64,000 nucleotides of DNA. Source: Trypanosoma brucei (lineage: Eukaryota). Made by a program: the position numbers and the translations under genes. Numbering within the stretch: position 1 is the stretch's first letter; each line of letters opens with the position of its first letter. The notes below the pieces were generated by a model. That model was not told where the DNA came from. It ran no database searches and saw only the letters and a program-made list of their open reading frames with translations. Below are positions 51,846-63,239 of this stretch, in pieces. The stretch lies in contig CP000066.1 of the NCBI GenBank assembly GCA_000002445.1, positions 352,001 to 416,000 of the forward strand, read 5' to 3'.

Positions 51846-54800
51846 CTAAAGTACTTCCTCGGCCAGCGTTAGTGCAACGCGGAAAGTCCCTCCCTCGTCT
51901 GTTTCTGCGATCATTTGCTGAAAACACGGTGTTGTATTTAATGGGCGCTCTGCCATACACGTGGCGCGGAGGTATGTCGAAATGGGCGAGCGCTCATCTT
52001 CTGAAAAACGCTCAAAGACACGACACCGATGCCATACATCCCATCGGAGCGAGCCGGTACGCAAGCGAAGAGAAGTTAACGCACTGTCGCTGTTTTTTGG
52101 TACCTGTGGTGATGAGAGCGCTGCAATAAATTCCCTTAAAGCCTCATGATCAGCCTCTTCCGTGACAGCTCCTCTCGTCACTGGAGATGTTAACATCTGA
52201 CAATTGACGTCAAGCGTACAAAGCGTTCGCTCGATGGCTATGGCCACGCATACGCTAGTCTCAATCTCCTCAACTCGGCGTATTGCTGTGCTGTATGTCG
52301 TTCGAAGAGTCTCAACATTAGAAAATAGCGGGTCGCTGTAAAACAAGTCCTTTATGCTGCTCGTAACTTCCTCCGATTTCTGCATAACATAAGCCGCAAT
52401 CGCTTCGTTGGTTTCAACGTGGCGATGGGAAAGTAAAGGATGGAGGGCGTTACTGAAATTGGCTTGCACTGTCTCCAAGAGGAGCATATCTAGTTGTAAC
52501 TCGCTTTCCATCCAGTTCACGACATCATGTGCCTGCTCTTCCGGCACAAACAACTGCTCAATAATCTCCTCTGGGGAACGGGGGGCGGCCTGCTCCCACA
52601 ATAGCCACCATGTATTGTCCTCACGGCGTTGCATCCGTTCAGAGAGATAAGCACTGTCATTTATATCAACCTCAAAGTCGGGTTTAGTTGGACCACCAGT
52701 TTCAGTGGTTCCAGTGGCGGGTGAATGTGGCGGAGAAACAAAGTCACGCGGGCTGTACCAATGAACAAAATCAGCAAAGCGGACCACCCGTCCCTCATGG
52801 GATCGATTTACATAAAGAAATAAACACATGTCGTTGAACAGCCCCTCGTTAAGTACCAAACTGGGACTGTGCTGAGAAGAGGAGGCAGAGTGCGAGTGTG
52901 GATCACGTTCCTCCTGACTCTTTGCGAGTAGGATATCAGTTGTATAGGGAGGAACAGGAAGGGGTTGCGGTTCCACAAGCACCTCACCATTTGTAATAAG
53001 TCTTTTGACCCTTTTTGTACAACGTCCATAAAATTCACTATCATTTGAGCGGTGGATCACGTCTTCCACACCATCTTGCGACCCATCCAATTTTGGTGAA
53101 CCTTGTTCATTTGCGGAACCCCATTCGTCCTGTGCGGGCTGATCAGCAGGCACAGTTGCGTTTTTCTCTAGCATCCGCCTGGAACATATGACAAGCAACT
53201 GCATCTTTTGTATGATCAAAGGCATTCCGTGATTAATTTCATCCACAGCTGGTATGCCAATGGTGGCAATTAGTTTCTGCAGTGACCCCTTCCTGTCCTC
53301 GCTGTCGTCAAGAAGGGCTTTTAGACGCTGCACAATAACTTTCCACAAGGCACGCACACCATCAATATCGTGTACATCACGTGCGCAGGCACATGCAAAG
53401 CGACATAATAATGAACCGGGGTAGTAGACATTGCGGACATCCGATTTGAATTCTCCCTTACATGCAGGAAACATTGCCAGCGGACTGACGGGTGAGTTAC
53501 GGTCCTTCCACATACCTCCGCAGCGGTCCATGATATCATCCGCCAAACCAATTATATCGTCCGTAATATTTGGAGAGTTTTCCGATCCACTACCCTGAGA
53601 AATGTATTGCATTACTGTTTCATAGTACTTTGAGAGATACTTACAAGATGCGTGATTCAAGTCGGATTCATCTTTGGGAATTGCTACGGCTGTAATATTT
53701 AACTTGTCTTCCAACATATATTTGGCTTCAGGTGTGAATGGGTTCAAGTTGGAGGCGCGCGCTCCGTCGTCCCGCGCTTCCGTATCCCGCAGCTGATTCC
53801 ACTGAAACGTGAAATAAATTCCACGTAATGGTGCGGTCCCTGTGCCAAAAGGGAAAGTCGTTCGCATAGTGGACGGGAGAATATTATCGTTTTCATTGTC
53901 CAGTGCAGCACCCCACGACAACGCAAGCTCACCATGACGTATGTCACTGGACGTGATCCGGGGTAGTGCGGGATTCATGGAAAAGCGGCGAGGCGGCATC
54001 AACTTAAACTTACGTTGAAGCGACACACAAATGCCTTCAAATGTATCCCTTCGCACACGGCTTTGTTTCCCAAGGTGTAGTTGGAAAACATCAAGGCAAT
54101 CAATTACTCTCCTACAGCAATCGGGAGTGCTCGGGTACGCGGTGCAACAAAAGCGACACTTCACCACCAGATGAACAAAAAGTTGGTGCAATGTGGCATG
54201 TGTGGTATCCAACGCAGCGCCTCCGTTGCTAGTGAACGCATCCACCAATGCAGGCGGTGCCACTCCCATAAATGTCAGTTGCGACGGATCACCGACAGCA
54301 ACAAAGCAAGGTACTGTTCCATTTGCATAATAAAAAGGCGATGTGAGACTCAGTGGGTCACGCTCAAAGTAAAGTGAAAATGAGACACGCATAGCGCGAC
54401 TCACAGCGCAGACAAGGAGAGAAAGGTAAAAGGACGATTCGCTGTAACTGTGATGTAAAGATGTGGCCGTATTCCGCACTAAAAAAAACACAGGAACTGC
54501 AAATAGGCGAACGATCGGGTGTTGTTGTTGTTGTTGCTGCTCAAAATTATGGACGTGAATTTCAACCATAATCTCCTCCCCATCATTGTCACTCCAAGCT
54601 TCACGAGCACTCCTGCGGTTGATGGTGAAGCGCCGACCCAACACCATCTCCCTGTTGTCATCATCATTATCAGTTCCACGTGTGCATCTGGTCTTCCCTT
54701 CACCCACCGCATTCGTAGTCAAGGCAAACCGTTGCAATTCGGGATGCGTGCGGAATTCCATTATAATGTACTGTTCCATCTCTTTAACAACTTCCTCAAA

Positions 54801-54875
54801 GAGTGTATTGCAGGAATAATCTTCTATTTCTAAAGGAATCTCCTCTTCAACATCCGCTAATTCCATTGAACTCAT
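51846..54875 (-). CDS. conserved hypothetical protein, 1009 aa, no confidently recognised domain
   Basis: A 3 kb stop-free ORF in the orientation of the gene block. Poly-Gln (QQQQQQ) and acidic N-terminus. Confidence 0.65.
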   Translation of the reverse strand: MSSMELADVEEEIPLEIEDYSCNTLFEEVVKEMEQYIIMEFRTHPELQRFALTTNAVGEGKTRCTRGTDNDDDNREMVLGRRFTINRRSAREAWSDNDGEEIMVEIHVHNFEQQQQQQHPIVRLFAVPVFFLVRNTATSLHHSYSESSFYLSLLVCAVSRAMRVSFSLYFERDPLSLTSPFYYANGTVPCFVAVGDPSQLTFMGVAPPALVDAFTSNGGAALDTTHATLHQLFVHLVVKCRFCCTAYPSTPDCCRRVIDCLDVFQLHLGKQSRVRRDTFEGICVSLQRKFKLMPPRRFSMNPALPRITSSDIRHGELALSWGAALDNENDNILPSTMRTTFPFGTGTAPLRGIYFTFQWNQLRDTEARDDGARASNLNPFTPEAKYMLEDKLNITAVAIPKDESDLNHASCKYLSKYYETVMQYISQGSGSENSPNITDDIIGLADDIMDRCGGMWKDRNSPVSPLAMFPACKGEFKSDVRNVYYPGSLLCRFACACARDVHDIDGVRALWKVIVQRLKALLDDSEDRKGSLQKLIATIGIPAVDEINHGMPLIIQKMQLLVICSRRMLEKNATVPADQPAQDEWGSANEQGSPKLDGSQDGVEDVIHRSNDSEFYGRCTKRVKRLITNGEVLVEPQPLPVPPYTTDILLAKSQEERDPHSHSASSSQHSPSLVLNEGLFNDMCLFLYVNRSHEGRVVRFADFVHWYSPRDFVSPPHSPATGTTETGGPTKPDFEVDINDSAYLSERMQRREDNTWWLLWEQAAPRSPEEIIEQLFVPEEQAHDVVNWMESELQLDMLLLETVQANFSNALHPLLSHRHVETNEAIAAYVMQKSEEVTSSIKDLFYSDPLFSNVETLRTTYSTAIRRVEEIETSVCVAIAIERTLCTLDVNCQMLTSPVTRGAVTEEADHEALREFIAALSSPQVPKNSDSALTSLRLRTGSLRWDVWHRCRVFERFSEDERSPISTYLRATCMAERPLNTTPCFQQMIAETDEGGTFRVALTLAEEVL

Positions 54876-55114
54876 ATGGGCAACCGTATATATATATATA
54901 AATATTTACTATAATTGTATTTGGTGTTGTTTTTATGTATTTTATTTTTGTATTCCACCCCTTGTTTGTGCGTGTGCGCTAATGGGCGACCCAACGCAAC
55001 GGCAACTTGCCAACACCCCTTCTGTTATTTGATGAAATATACCCTAAGAATAATGTGCACACAGCAAAAGAAAAAGAAAAAAAATATGTACAAGAATCAG
55101 CAGTACATGTATGC

Positions 55115-55138
55115 ATATATATATATATATATATATAT
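55115..55138. repeat. (TA)n microsatellite
   Basis: Read directly in the sequence. Confidence 0.95.
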
Positions 55139-55628
55139 CCCTAAATATACAAACAACATATTTGCATGCATATAATTCCTTTAGGCTTTGGGACACGATA
55201 AAGAGGGGGAAAAGATACATTCCATATCTAACTCCCATTAAGTTGTCATCCCTTCCCAAATCTCAGTTTCCTCATTCTTTTCTTTTCTTGTGTGTCACCT
55301 CCCCCTCCTCCCAGTAGCGGATGAAGACACAACAGAGGATGAGAAAGGGAAGGGAACAAAATGGAAGACATGTCTTTTTTTATTCTTTTCTTTTCTTCTT
55401 TCGCACACGCACGCACAGACGCACACACATAAACGCACGTACACCTCTGTGTGCTTTTGCTGAAGGAGTTGTGACGCAGGATCTAAAGCTTCCACTGCTA
55501 TTGAATGTATCACATCATATTTGTCCTTTCCATTAACCTCCTTGTTCGTTCCTTCCTTTTATTTCCATTTTTGTATTCATATTATTTCCTCTGCAATCAC
55601 ACTATTTTCCACAGGTGCACGCACACGC

Positions 55629-55682
55629 ACACACACACACAAAAAAAAAACCAGACAGAGACAGAGACAGAGACAGAGAGAC
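55629..55682. repeat. compound microsatellite (CA)n-A10-(CAGAGA)n
   Basis: Read directly: cacacacacacaaaaaaaaaaccagacagagacagagacagagacagagag. Confidence 0.95.
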
Positions 55683-55830
55683 ACCTGCTTCGCCACTTTT
55701 ATACTCTGCGTCGCAACGCAGTTCCAACCCCACCAAACCACCGTCTATCATACGATTGCCCGCCCGTAATAGCTTAGAAACAACCTAAAATAAAAATAGT
55801 AAAAAGTAAAAAAACAAAAACAAAAACAAA

Positions 55831-56973
55831 CTATGAAAAGAACCCCCGAAGACAAAGCGGTTTATAACGTTTCGTCTCGGGACACAGGAAATAAGTTCTC
55901 GTGCATGCGTCGCGACTAATGAGCGGTTTGCATCTATCTTCTGAAGTGCACCTCTGTTGTAATGGGGAACCGGCACTACTCACGGGCACATTCCGTCGTT
56001 CATTTTCCATCTCTACAGAGCTACACACGCCTTCTGTTTCCAACGCGACCGTTGGTGGCGTATTACTATTATTATTGTTATTATTATTATTGTTGTTGTT
56101 GCTATTGTTATTGTTATTCCGCGGAACTGACCCGGATGCCTCCGACTCGGGTGACTCTTTTTCCTCCGTGCCACGTGATGGAGTCGGTGTTTCAATAAGT
56201 GGTGGCGAACCTTCTGCATTCGATGGTGGCGTTATTCTCTCAGCTGAACGGGATGTCGTTCTTCTTCCACGAAAAGACCGAGTCTGCTGCAATTGTAAAT
56301 CCTGTTCCGTGAGCGTCATAGCGGGTTGTATGGAAGGTTCCGTTCCAATCACTTCCGGTGACGACTTTCCCTCTGAAACTTTGTTCCTTTTTTCTTCTTT
56401 CTTCTGCCCTTCTACGCCGTCCTCCGAATCCGGTGTTGATATGAACCGCAAAACCGATAACCAAAACACCGCTTGAGTCCCGTCATTTCCCCCCTGCTGA
56501 AACTCCGTAGCTGCGTGGCGCATTAGGTTAATTACAATGGAGTTCATTATGGATTTTAGTCGTTCGAAGCGTTGTAGATCAACATGTTCAGTTAAGTACA
56601 GAACTTCCTCTAACATCGCCTTTCCCAAGTCAGCCGTCATTGGCTGAACGCTTAAGGCCTCAGCCACCATCGTATATTGAGTGGCAGCATCTTTCGACAT
56701 GGAAAGAATTTCAGGCACACTGCGTAAGTCGCGTTTGGCCATATAAACGTTAATGGCACCTCTTAGTGGAGCGCTAAGTTCGGGATCTTGTCCGACAATA
56801 TGACGAAGAGGCATTTCGTAGGCTGCAGCAATGGCATCTGCAACACAACGGCATGCAGTGTCATTTAACACGACGTCACCATGCATCACATCAATAAAAA
56901 GTGCAATCACCTGATGCGAGTTTCGCTTTTGCTGCACGTCCTCGCTCAACATTAAGCTACAATTCTTTTTCAT
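55831..56973 (-). CDS. hypothetical protein (380 aa) with a long poly-Asn/Ser low-complexity tract. The N-terminal ~200 aa are globular.
   Basis: ORF in the orientation of the gene block. The AAT/AAC codon repeat (56050-56110) encodes NNNNNSNNNNNNNNNNNS. Confidence 0.5.
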   Translation of the reverse strand: MKKNCSLMLSEDVQQKRNSHQVIALFIDVMHGDVVLNDTACRCVADAIAAAYEMPLRHIVGQDPELSAPLRGAINVYMAKRDLRSVPEILSMSKDAATQYTMVAEALSVQPMTADLGKAMLEEVLYLTEHVDLQRFERLKSIMNSIVINLMRHAATEFQQGGNDGTQAVFWLSVLRFISTPDSEDGVEGQKKEEKRNKVSEGKSSPEVIGTEPSIQPAMTLTEQDLQLQQTRSFRGRRTTSRSAERITPPSNAEGSPPLIETPTPSRGTEEKESPESEASGSVPRNNNNNSNNNNNNNNNNNSNTPPTVALETEGVCSSVEMENERRNVPVSSAGSPLQQRCTSEDRCKPLISRDACTRTYFLCPETKRYKPLCLRGFFS

Positions 56974-57662
56974 TCCCCTCTAATAATATTTCAAATGTTA
57001 TATTCTTTTTTGTGGGGAAAATATTCTACCTAACTTTTTTTTTCAATTTAGTGTGGGAGTTTGGTGCGTTTCCGAACACAAAATGTGCTACCAGTGAAAT
57101 GGCCACCGTTGCAACTTTAAAAAAAAAAAAAAGACGCACACCACACACCCCCTCCTTTTTGTGGCGTGCTCCCGTTGTCCCCTTCTCCTTTTCTTTTCTT
57201 TTTCTTTTTTTTCCCCCGCCCTCAAACTAACTTTATGTCCGGGATTGTCGTCAAAAACGACCTGTCAAATGTTTTTGTTTCGTTTTGTGCGTAATATATT
57301 TCAGACCTGAAAAAGGTCCGTTGTATTGTTTTTTTTTTTAAAAAAAACTTAAATGGTAAATAAAGGAGAAAACAACAAATAAATACACTTTGGCTTACCT
57401 TATGTGAGTGGGTGCTTCAGAGATGTGTACCTGTTGCAGTCTTACATGGGCATCAACACAGCGACAAAAGGTACATGTTTTAATAAAAAATAAAAAAAAT
57501 AAAATAGAAAGGTAAAGGTAAAGGTAGGAGAAAGAAATTAAAATAATAATTATTATCATTATTATCATAGTAGGAAGGTGTGGCATATTTGTGTTCTAGG
57601 CGTAACGTCACTGAGCTTTTACTACCAGTCACCACACACGCAACTAACAACTTCAGGAAGGA

Positions 57663-57663
<1 letters not shown>

Positions 57664-57688
<25 letters not shown>
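57664..57688. repeat. (TA)n microsatellite in an AT/pyrimidine-rich intergenic region
   Basis: Read directly in the sequence. Confidence 0.95.
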
Positions 57689-57693
<5 letters not shown>

Positions 57694-58683
57694 GTGGTTT
57701 TGATACACCAAAAAAAAACAAAAAAATAAATAAGGGAGAACCGTTCTGGAAAAGAGAGAGAGCGCAAATATTTAAAAAGGAAAAGCAAAAAAAAAAAAGG
57801 AGGAACTCACAAACGAGAAAAAGATGCCGCGAACTAATAATAACACATGCGTTTGAAATGGAATGTAAAAAAAGAAAAAAGATGGAAAGAATGTGTGTGA
57901 ACGCGTGACGTTTTCCTCCCAATCCACTGATGAATTCCCCGTATTTGCATAATATACAATAAAAAGTACGAAAGTAAACACCACAAAGGAAATATAAGGG
58001 TCAATCGTACATGGACCCTCAACAACAATAACAACAACGAAAAAGTGACGCACTTCACTACTGCGCTCTGTTGAGTTTGTGAGGTCTTTCTTTAAAAAAA
58101 GTATGTGAAGTAAAGCATTCATCAAAATAGTATAAAGGGTGGGAAAACAAAACAAGAAACGGATAGACTAACTTTTGGCTTATCCATTCAGCGCACTTCT
58201 TTTTTATTTATTTATCTCACTCCACTCCATTCCCTTCCCTTCGCCACTCACACATATCTACTTTGGGTCAGCCTATCAACACACTCCAGAACAATAATCA
58301 GAGGTGTGTACCATACAGTTATGGGAATCTTTTCAACTCATTCTTTTAAAATAAGTGTTTAGTGTTTCACAGAGTAGAAAGGGAAATAAAAAACAAACAA
58401 CAAAACATCACCGTCACAACCACACTACAAAATATACCGCACTTACATACACCTTCCTTCCCTTCCAAGGTTCTGGAATGATATGTGGTGCAGCAGCATC
58501 CTGGCTGCGACATAATGCGCTGAGGAGAGCGCCATGAGTTGGTTGTGTCCAGTGGCACAAAAGAGGTATCGTATGTTTGTACACACTTTAGAAAACAACA
58601 ACAACAACAAAATTCATTAAACTGGGAATGGAAATTAACTTCCGTAATAACAATCCAATTGGATTCTCCCTTTTGTTTCCCTT

Positions 58684-60552
58684 TCACTCGTACACAATCT
58701 TTACGTAGTCAGTTTGCACACCACATTCTACCATCAGTGGTTTCTGCATCCCTTGCGCCCCCTCTGTTGTCTCTCCATGTGACCCACGAGTTTCATATTG
58801 AAGCATTAGGGGGACTTCCGCTTTAGGCAAAAATAATGGCAGTGGCTCATTTCCAACTTCGCTATCCAAACAAGGTGTTGGCTTCCTCTCTTCTAGTTCA
58901 CCCTTTGCGGTGTTATTTGCGACCCAATTAACTCGAAGTTGTCTGGCTTGCGAGTCTTTCCCTTCACGAGGTGTCAGCAGCGGTGTTGTCAGAACAGCGG
59001 ATGGTCGCCGACGTTTCGGAAGCGTGGCTGCAGTAGGTAATATATCGGTAAAAAGACTTGCCTTCTTGAAACTACGCTGAATTGTTCGCACTACAGTCGA
59101 TTCTAACAATTCCTCACATGTGGGTCGCTTCGCTGGGTTACGATGAAGCATGAGGCGCATTAGTTGAATCATCTCTGGAGGGCGAGCGTAGTGGGAACGG
59201 TTCTCCACTTCCAATACAACTTCACCATTAGACAAGCGCAGCGGCAGCGTACCGTCGAAGGCAAGATAGTGTAATATCATTCCGAGTGACCACACATCTG
59301 TTGCTTTTGTGTGCGAATATATATATGACTCTTTCGTGCCCGGCACACACTCAAATAACTCTGGTGCCATGTACTCTACGGTTCCCGTTCCTCCCGTGCG
59401 TTCATATGACACCTCAGAAAGTAAAGTTGCAGTGCCAAAGTCGCTAACAAGAACACGTGGGACCTCCTCCGACCGACCTGTCAGCAGTAAATTTTGTGGC
59501 TTGAGGTCCCGATGGATGATGTTCTTTCGATGCAAATGCGCTGTCCCCGCAACGGCACTCAAAAAGAAGTACCATACGGCGATTGTTGGCAGAGCCGATC
59601 CGTGCCGCTCAAGGTACGAGTCAAGGGAACCTATAGTGGCATATTCCATAAGAATAAAAAGGCATCTTACGGGTGGCCCAAAATCAGCTATTTGCGCGGT
59701 ATCTACCCAGCTATGCTTATACTCCACCATGTTTGGGTGTTGTTTCACTTCCTCGAGAATACGCACCTCACTGAGTACTTTGTGCAAGTAACTGGTATTG
59801 TCTCCTACGGGAATTTTCTTTAAAGCAAAGTACCCCAACCCCACGCCTTCCATAACATGCTGACACAGATACACTCCACCAAAGGTTCCGCTTCCTAGTT
59901 TTTGTATTTCTCTAAAGTAACGCTTATAATACCCCCAGTCACCGCTGGTATTATCACCGCGTGGAGGAGACGTTTCAGGTCCGCCGCCCCTTCTGCTGTT
60001 TTCATCTAACGCCGACGAAAACACCGCTGTTGCTCCATGTGCCTCATCGGGTAGTTCCCACGTGTCTTCTTCTTCTTCTGTAACTCCCATTTTTCCTCTT
60101 ATTTCATCTTCCGGGACATATTTCTTCAAACCCTGTTCAGCCAACCGTTGCTGGAATTTAGCTTCAAGTGATGGACTGTCACATATGGAAAGCGGCCGAC
60201 GAGTAACAGTCGCAGCAAGTGCACGGAAGTATTGTGGAGTTAGTTGTCTCTCCCCCACCGTTGGCGGTGCATCATCCATCTGATTTTCAGCGAGAGGCCG
60301 ATGACATGTTGGGCAAACCGTGGGCACGGACAAGGGACCAAATGATGATTGACAAGAATTATAAAGGAATGGATCATTTTGTTTCATTGCTAATTTAAGC
60401 TCAAACTGTGGTGGAACTATGGCAAGCTCACCACATCCCGGAGAGTTACTGCGAACCAAAACTCCTCTGCTGTTGCTCCTGCTTCTGATACAAGGGCTAA
60501 TGGAACCTTCACTCATAGTGGGTGTGCCATACCCCTCCCAATGGCCACTCAT
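58684..60552 (-). CDS. Ser/Thr protein kinase (622 aa), kinase domain in the C-terminal ~330 aa with a ~200-aa N-terminal extension
   Basis: Gly-loop LGSGTFGGVY, VAIK-type FALKKIP, catalytic loop IHRDLKPQNLLL, DFGTAT, APE-type EYMAPE. Confidence 0.85.
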   Translation of the reverse strand: MSGHWEGYGTPTMSEGSISPCIRSRSNSRGVLVRSNSPGCGELAIVPPQFELKLAMKQNDPFLYNSCQSSFGPLSVPTVCPTCHRPLAENQMDDAPPTVGERQLTPQYFRALAATVTRRPLSICDSPSLEAKFQQRLAEQGLKKYVPEDEIRGKMGVTEEEEDTWELPDEAHGATAVFSSALDENSRRGGGPETSPPRGDNTSGDWGYYKRYFREIQKLGSGTFGGVYLCQHVMEGVGLGYFALKKIPVGDNTSYLHKVLSEVRILEEVKQHPNMVEYKHSWVDTAQIADFGPPVRCLFILMEYATIGSLDSYLERHGSALPTIAVWYFFLSAVAGTAHLHRKNIIHRDLKPQNLLLTGRSEEVPRVLVSDFGTATLLSEVSYERTGGTGTVEYMAPELFECVPGTKESYIYSHTKATDVWSLGMILHYLAFDGTLPLRLSNGEVVLEVENRSHYARPPEMIQLMRLMLHRNPAKRPTCEELLESTVVRTIQRSFKKASLFTDILPTAATLPKRRRPSAVLTTPLLTPREGKDSQARQLRVNWVANNTAKGELEERKPTPCLDSEVGNEPLPLFLPKAEVPLMLQYETRGSHGETTEGAQGMQKPLMVECGVQTDYVKIVYE

Positions 60553-60884
60553 ACGCAGCTGTGAATGGTTCTACAGAAAAGGTGGTGAAAACGGAATGAC
60601 AAGAAGATGTATCCCAATTTCAGTTTTTCAGTAATATTTCTCGCTTGTTTGAACTGCCTAACTTTGTCCCTATTATATCTACTTCGCGCATTGCATTTGG
60701 CATGCAAAATGAAAAAAAAACGAGTATGTTATTTCTCTCTGAACAGGTTCAAACACGATTTTTCTTTTTTTTCGCAAGGAAACGAATGGGAAAGCTTTAG
60801 CGACTTTCGATGCGACGGTTGGGAACCCCCTTACAACACTTATTGAATTGCAGTCTCCCCACCCCGCCATGTTAATGACTTTCA

Positions 60885-62639
60885 TCACATGAAAGATGTA
60901 GCCAAGCTCATAGCCTTTGCCAGCGCAGTCATCTGAGCAAAGTAGTTAATCGTCCGTGCTTCCATTCCATATGGACAGTCCTCCACTTCTACGTCGGTAC
61001 TTATACTCCTGTCTTCACATTTATTTTTTGCTCCATCATCTTCACCGCGTCCGCCACGTATGAATTGTTCCATAAGTGATAGCGGTATCATCTTCGTAAT
61101 AGTGCACAATTCACGTGTACGAACGTCGCCGAACGAGCGCTCGCTATCGACGGCACTGCGGCCGTGCGAAGGCGAAACCTCAGGATTGTGTAACACATGC
61201 GCAATAACCCACTCATCTGTATCCTCCACATACACTAATCGCCTTTGCACCCCAAATTTGTATCCTTTTCTCTTGCCTTGGTCAAGAGCCCATGTGATCC
61301 TCTCGTCAGCAGCAGATGCACTCTGCCACTGCATAACAAATCCAACAACCGCATGATTAATCCGATACGGTGGCAATTCAGTCAAAAGCTGCAGCAACTC
61401 TTCACCTTCCTCTTTCAGTAAGCATAGGCAGGGTCCTTTTGCGGTTTCAACCACAGTGGCTGCCGGAAGAATCACGCTACTATGTGTCAGATCAGCACCA
61501 GTTTCAAATTCCTCAGATAATTCTTCCTCCTCCTCACCGAAAAGAAAAGGAGTTGCAATAAATATGTACGACTCTTCTTGCACGAGAGAGATGTTTCCGG
61601 AGCCTTCCGCGCCTCGTTCCTTCGTCAACATAACCCGCAACTCGCAGGCAAGCAGCAGCCGCGCGAGAATCAACTCCACAGTTTCCACACTCCTCGTTCC
61701 ACTACGATTCGGTCGTTGCTCCACAGTCTCACATGATGTGCATTCATCCTCTTCTTCGAGGAAAGTTGCCAGTGGCGCCATTTGATCACATGCCGCGCAG
61801 TACGACACAACAACAGGACATGCAGCCGACCCTGCAGACGCAATAAAGCACGTGTGCCGCCCCTCACGATCCGCAGAACATTCAAGAAGCTCCTGCCGTG
61901 CCTCTGGCAGAGTGGCGGCCCCTTCCTCCAAAAAGTTTAGATATGCATTACGCCTATTCATATGTTCTGTGAAGTGACCCTGTACGCAATGGCGAAGGTC
62001 TGCTGCCTGTACATAGGGTTGACCTTGGCTGTTAGTATCCGTATCCGCACCAGTATCGCCGGTTTGCAGGCAGAAAAGGCAATGCACATGTGGTGGTCCT
62101 TGAAGTTTCTCTCCAACTGCTTTGCAGGCAACTGTCGGAAGCGATTTGGGATTCCCAATCGCCTTCATCGCTCCCTCACGTACAAAGTGAACACACAAAG
62201 GTGGGTTGCAAAGGAAACTGGACGTGACATTCGACTGAGAAACATCGTCACTGTTGCTCTCGTTCTGAACAAGTTGATCAAGTAGGCAACTAATGTCATC
62301 ATTAGGACTTATTTCTGCTTCCACAGCTGTGCCTTCCGTTTCACTACCTTCACTACCCACTGGTAAATTGAAGTAGTGGTCAACGTTCTTTATTCCGAGC
62401 TTTTCCCCCAAATGATATGTGAGTTGAATGTATTGCCTTCCCGTCATGTATGTTCTTGCTTCCAGCGGTGTATCCAATACACCAAAAGGATCGATAACAT
62501 TCAACGACTCAGGGACCGTTTCCATATGAAATGATGTGCTTCGGTTCCACTTCGCTACCTTATCACAGGATGCTGCTAACTTTAAATAGTAGCAACCCGA
62601 AGCGGACACTTTAGTGGAGAAAGAAATGCACCGCCACAC
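60885..62639 (-). CDS. conserved hypothetical protein (584 aa)
   Basis: Long ORF in the orientation of the gene block. No domain recognised. Confidence 0.55.
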   Translation of the reverse strand: MWRCISFSTKVSASGCYYLKLAASCDKVAKWNRSTSFHMETVPESLNVIDPFGVLDTPLEARTYMTGRQYIQLTYHLGEKLGIKNVDHYFNLPVGSEGSETEGTAVEAEISPNDDISCLLDQLVQNESNSDDVSQSNVTSSFLCNPPLCVHFVREGAMKAIGNPKSLPTVACKAVGEKLQGPPHVHCLFCLQTGDTGADTDTNSQGQPYVQAADLRHCVQGHFTEHMNRRNAYLNFLEEGAATLPEARQELLECSADREGRHTCFIASAGSAACPVVVSYCAACDQMAPLATFLEEEDECTSCETVEQRPNRSGTRSVETVELILARLLLACELRVMLTKERGAEGSGNISLVQEESYIFIATPFLFGEEEEELSEEFETGADLTHSSVILPAATVVETAKGPCLCLLKEEGEELLQLLTELPPYRINHAVVGFVMQWQSASAADERITWALDQGKRKGYKFGVQRRLVYVEDTDEWVIAHVLHNPEVSPSHGRSAVDSERSFGDVRTRELCTITKMIPLSLMEQFIRGGRGEDDGAKNKCEDRSISTDVEVEDCPYGMEARTINYFAQMTALAKAMSLATSFM

Positions 62640-63239
62640 TCAATTAACATTGGGGGACGGAGAAAAAAGGAAGTTTATTGCAACAAAACAAATGCTTCCG
62701 TTTATATACTAATCAACCCTGTTCCCTTAAATCGTTATTTTAATTACTATTTCAAACATTATCCAAGTTGGCATGTTCACTCATTACACCTTTTCTCTCA
62801 CAACACCCACCGTTAGGCGAGGGATGTATTTTTGATCCAAAACACACCGTTGCAGAGGCAATTGAAAAAAGGTTAATGCATTGTATTGCTGCTAGTTTGC
62901 TTTTGCGGGGGACACGGACACACATTTGCGGTAAATGGTACTACTCGACTCCGTCTCCAACTCTTCCTTTAACTCAAAACAATAACGCAATATCATATAG
63001 GAAGCCACTAGATCAAAACAGCAGTGACGCACGTAATCCCCGCTAGGAGAAATTACAATGTACCACTTTTCCCGGATGCAGCCAATGAACAGATTTATAC
63101 ACAAATCCATACATACGCACAAACACACAATCACGTACACAAATAAATAAGAGACCTGTGTACGCACGTGTGTGCGTGTGAGCGCATAGTGGACCAATAA
63201 ATATTATCATGGAGACAGTGCACACATCTCTTTATCCTT

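Noticed and set aside
55900-56480. 191-aa + strand ORF rich in poly-Leu opposite the poly-Asn gene
   Set aside because: It is the reverse-complement reading of the AAT/AAC repeat and lies within a convincing - strand ORF.
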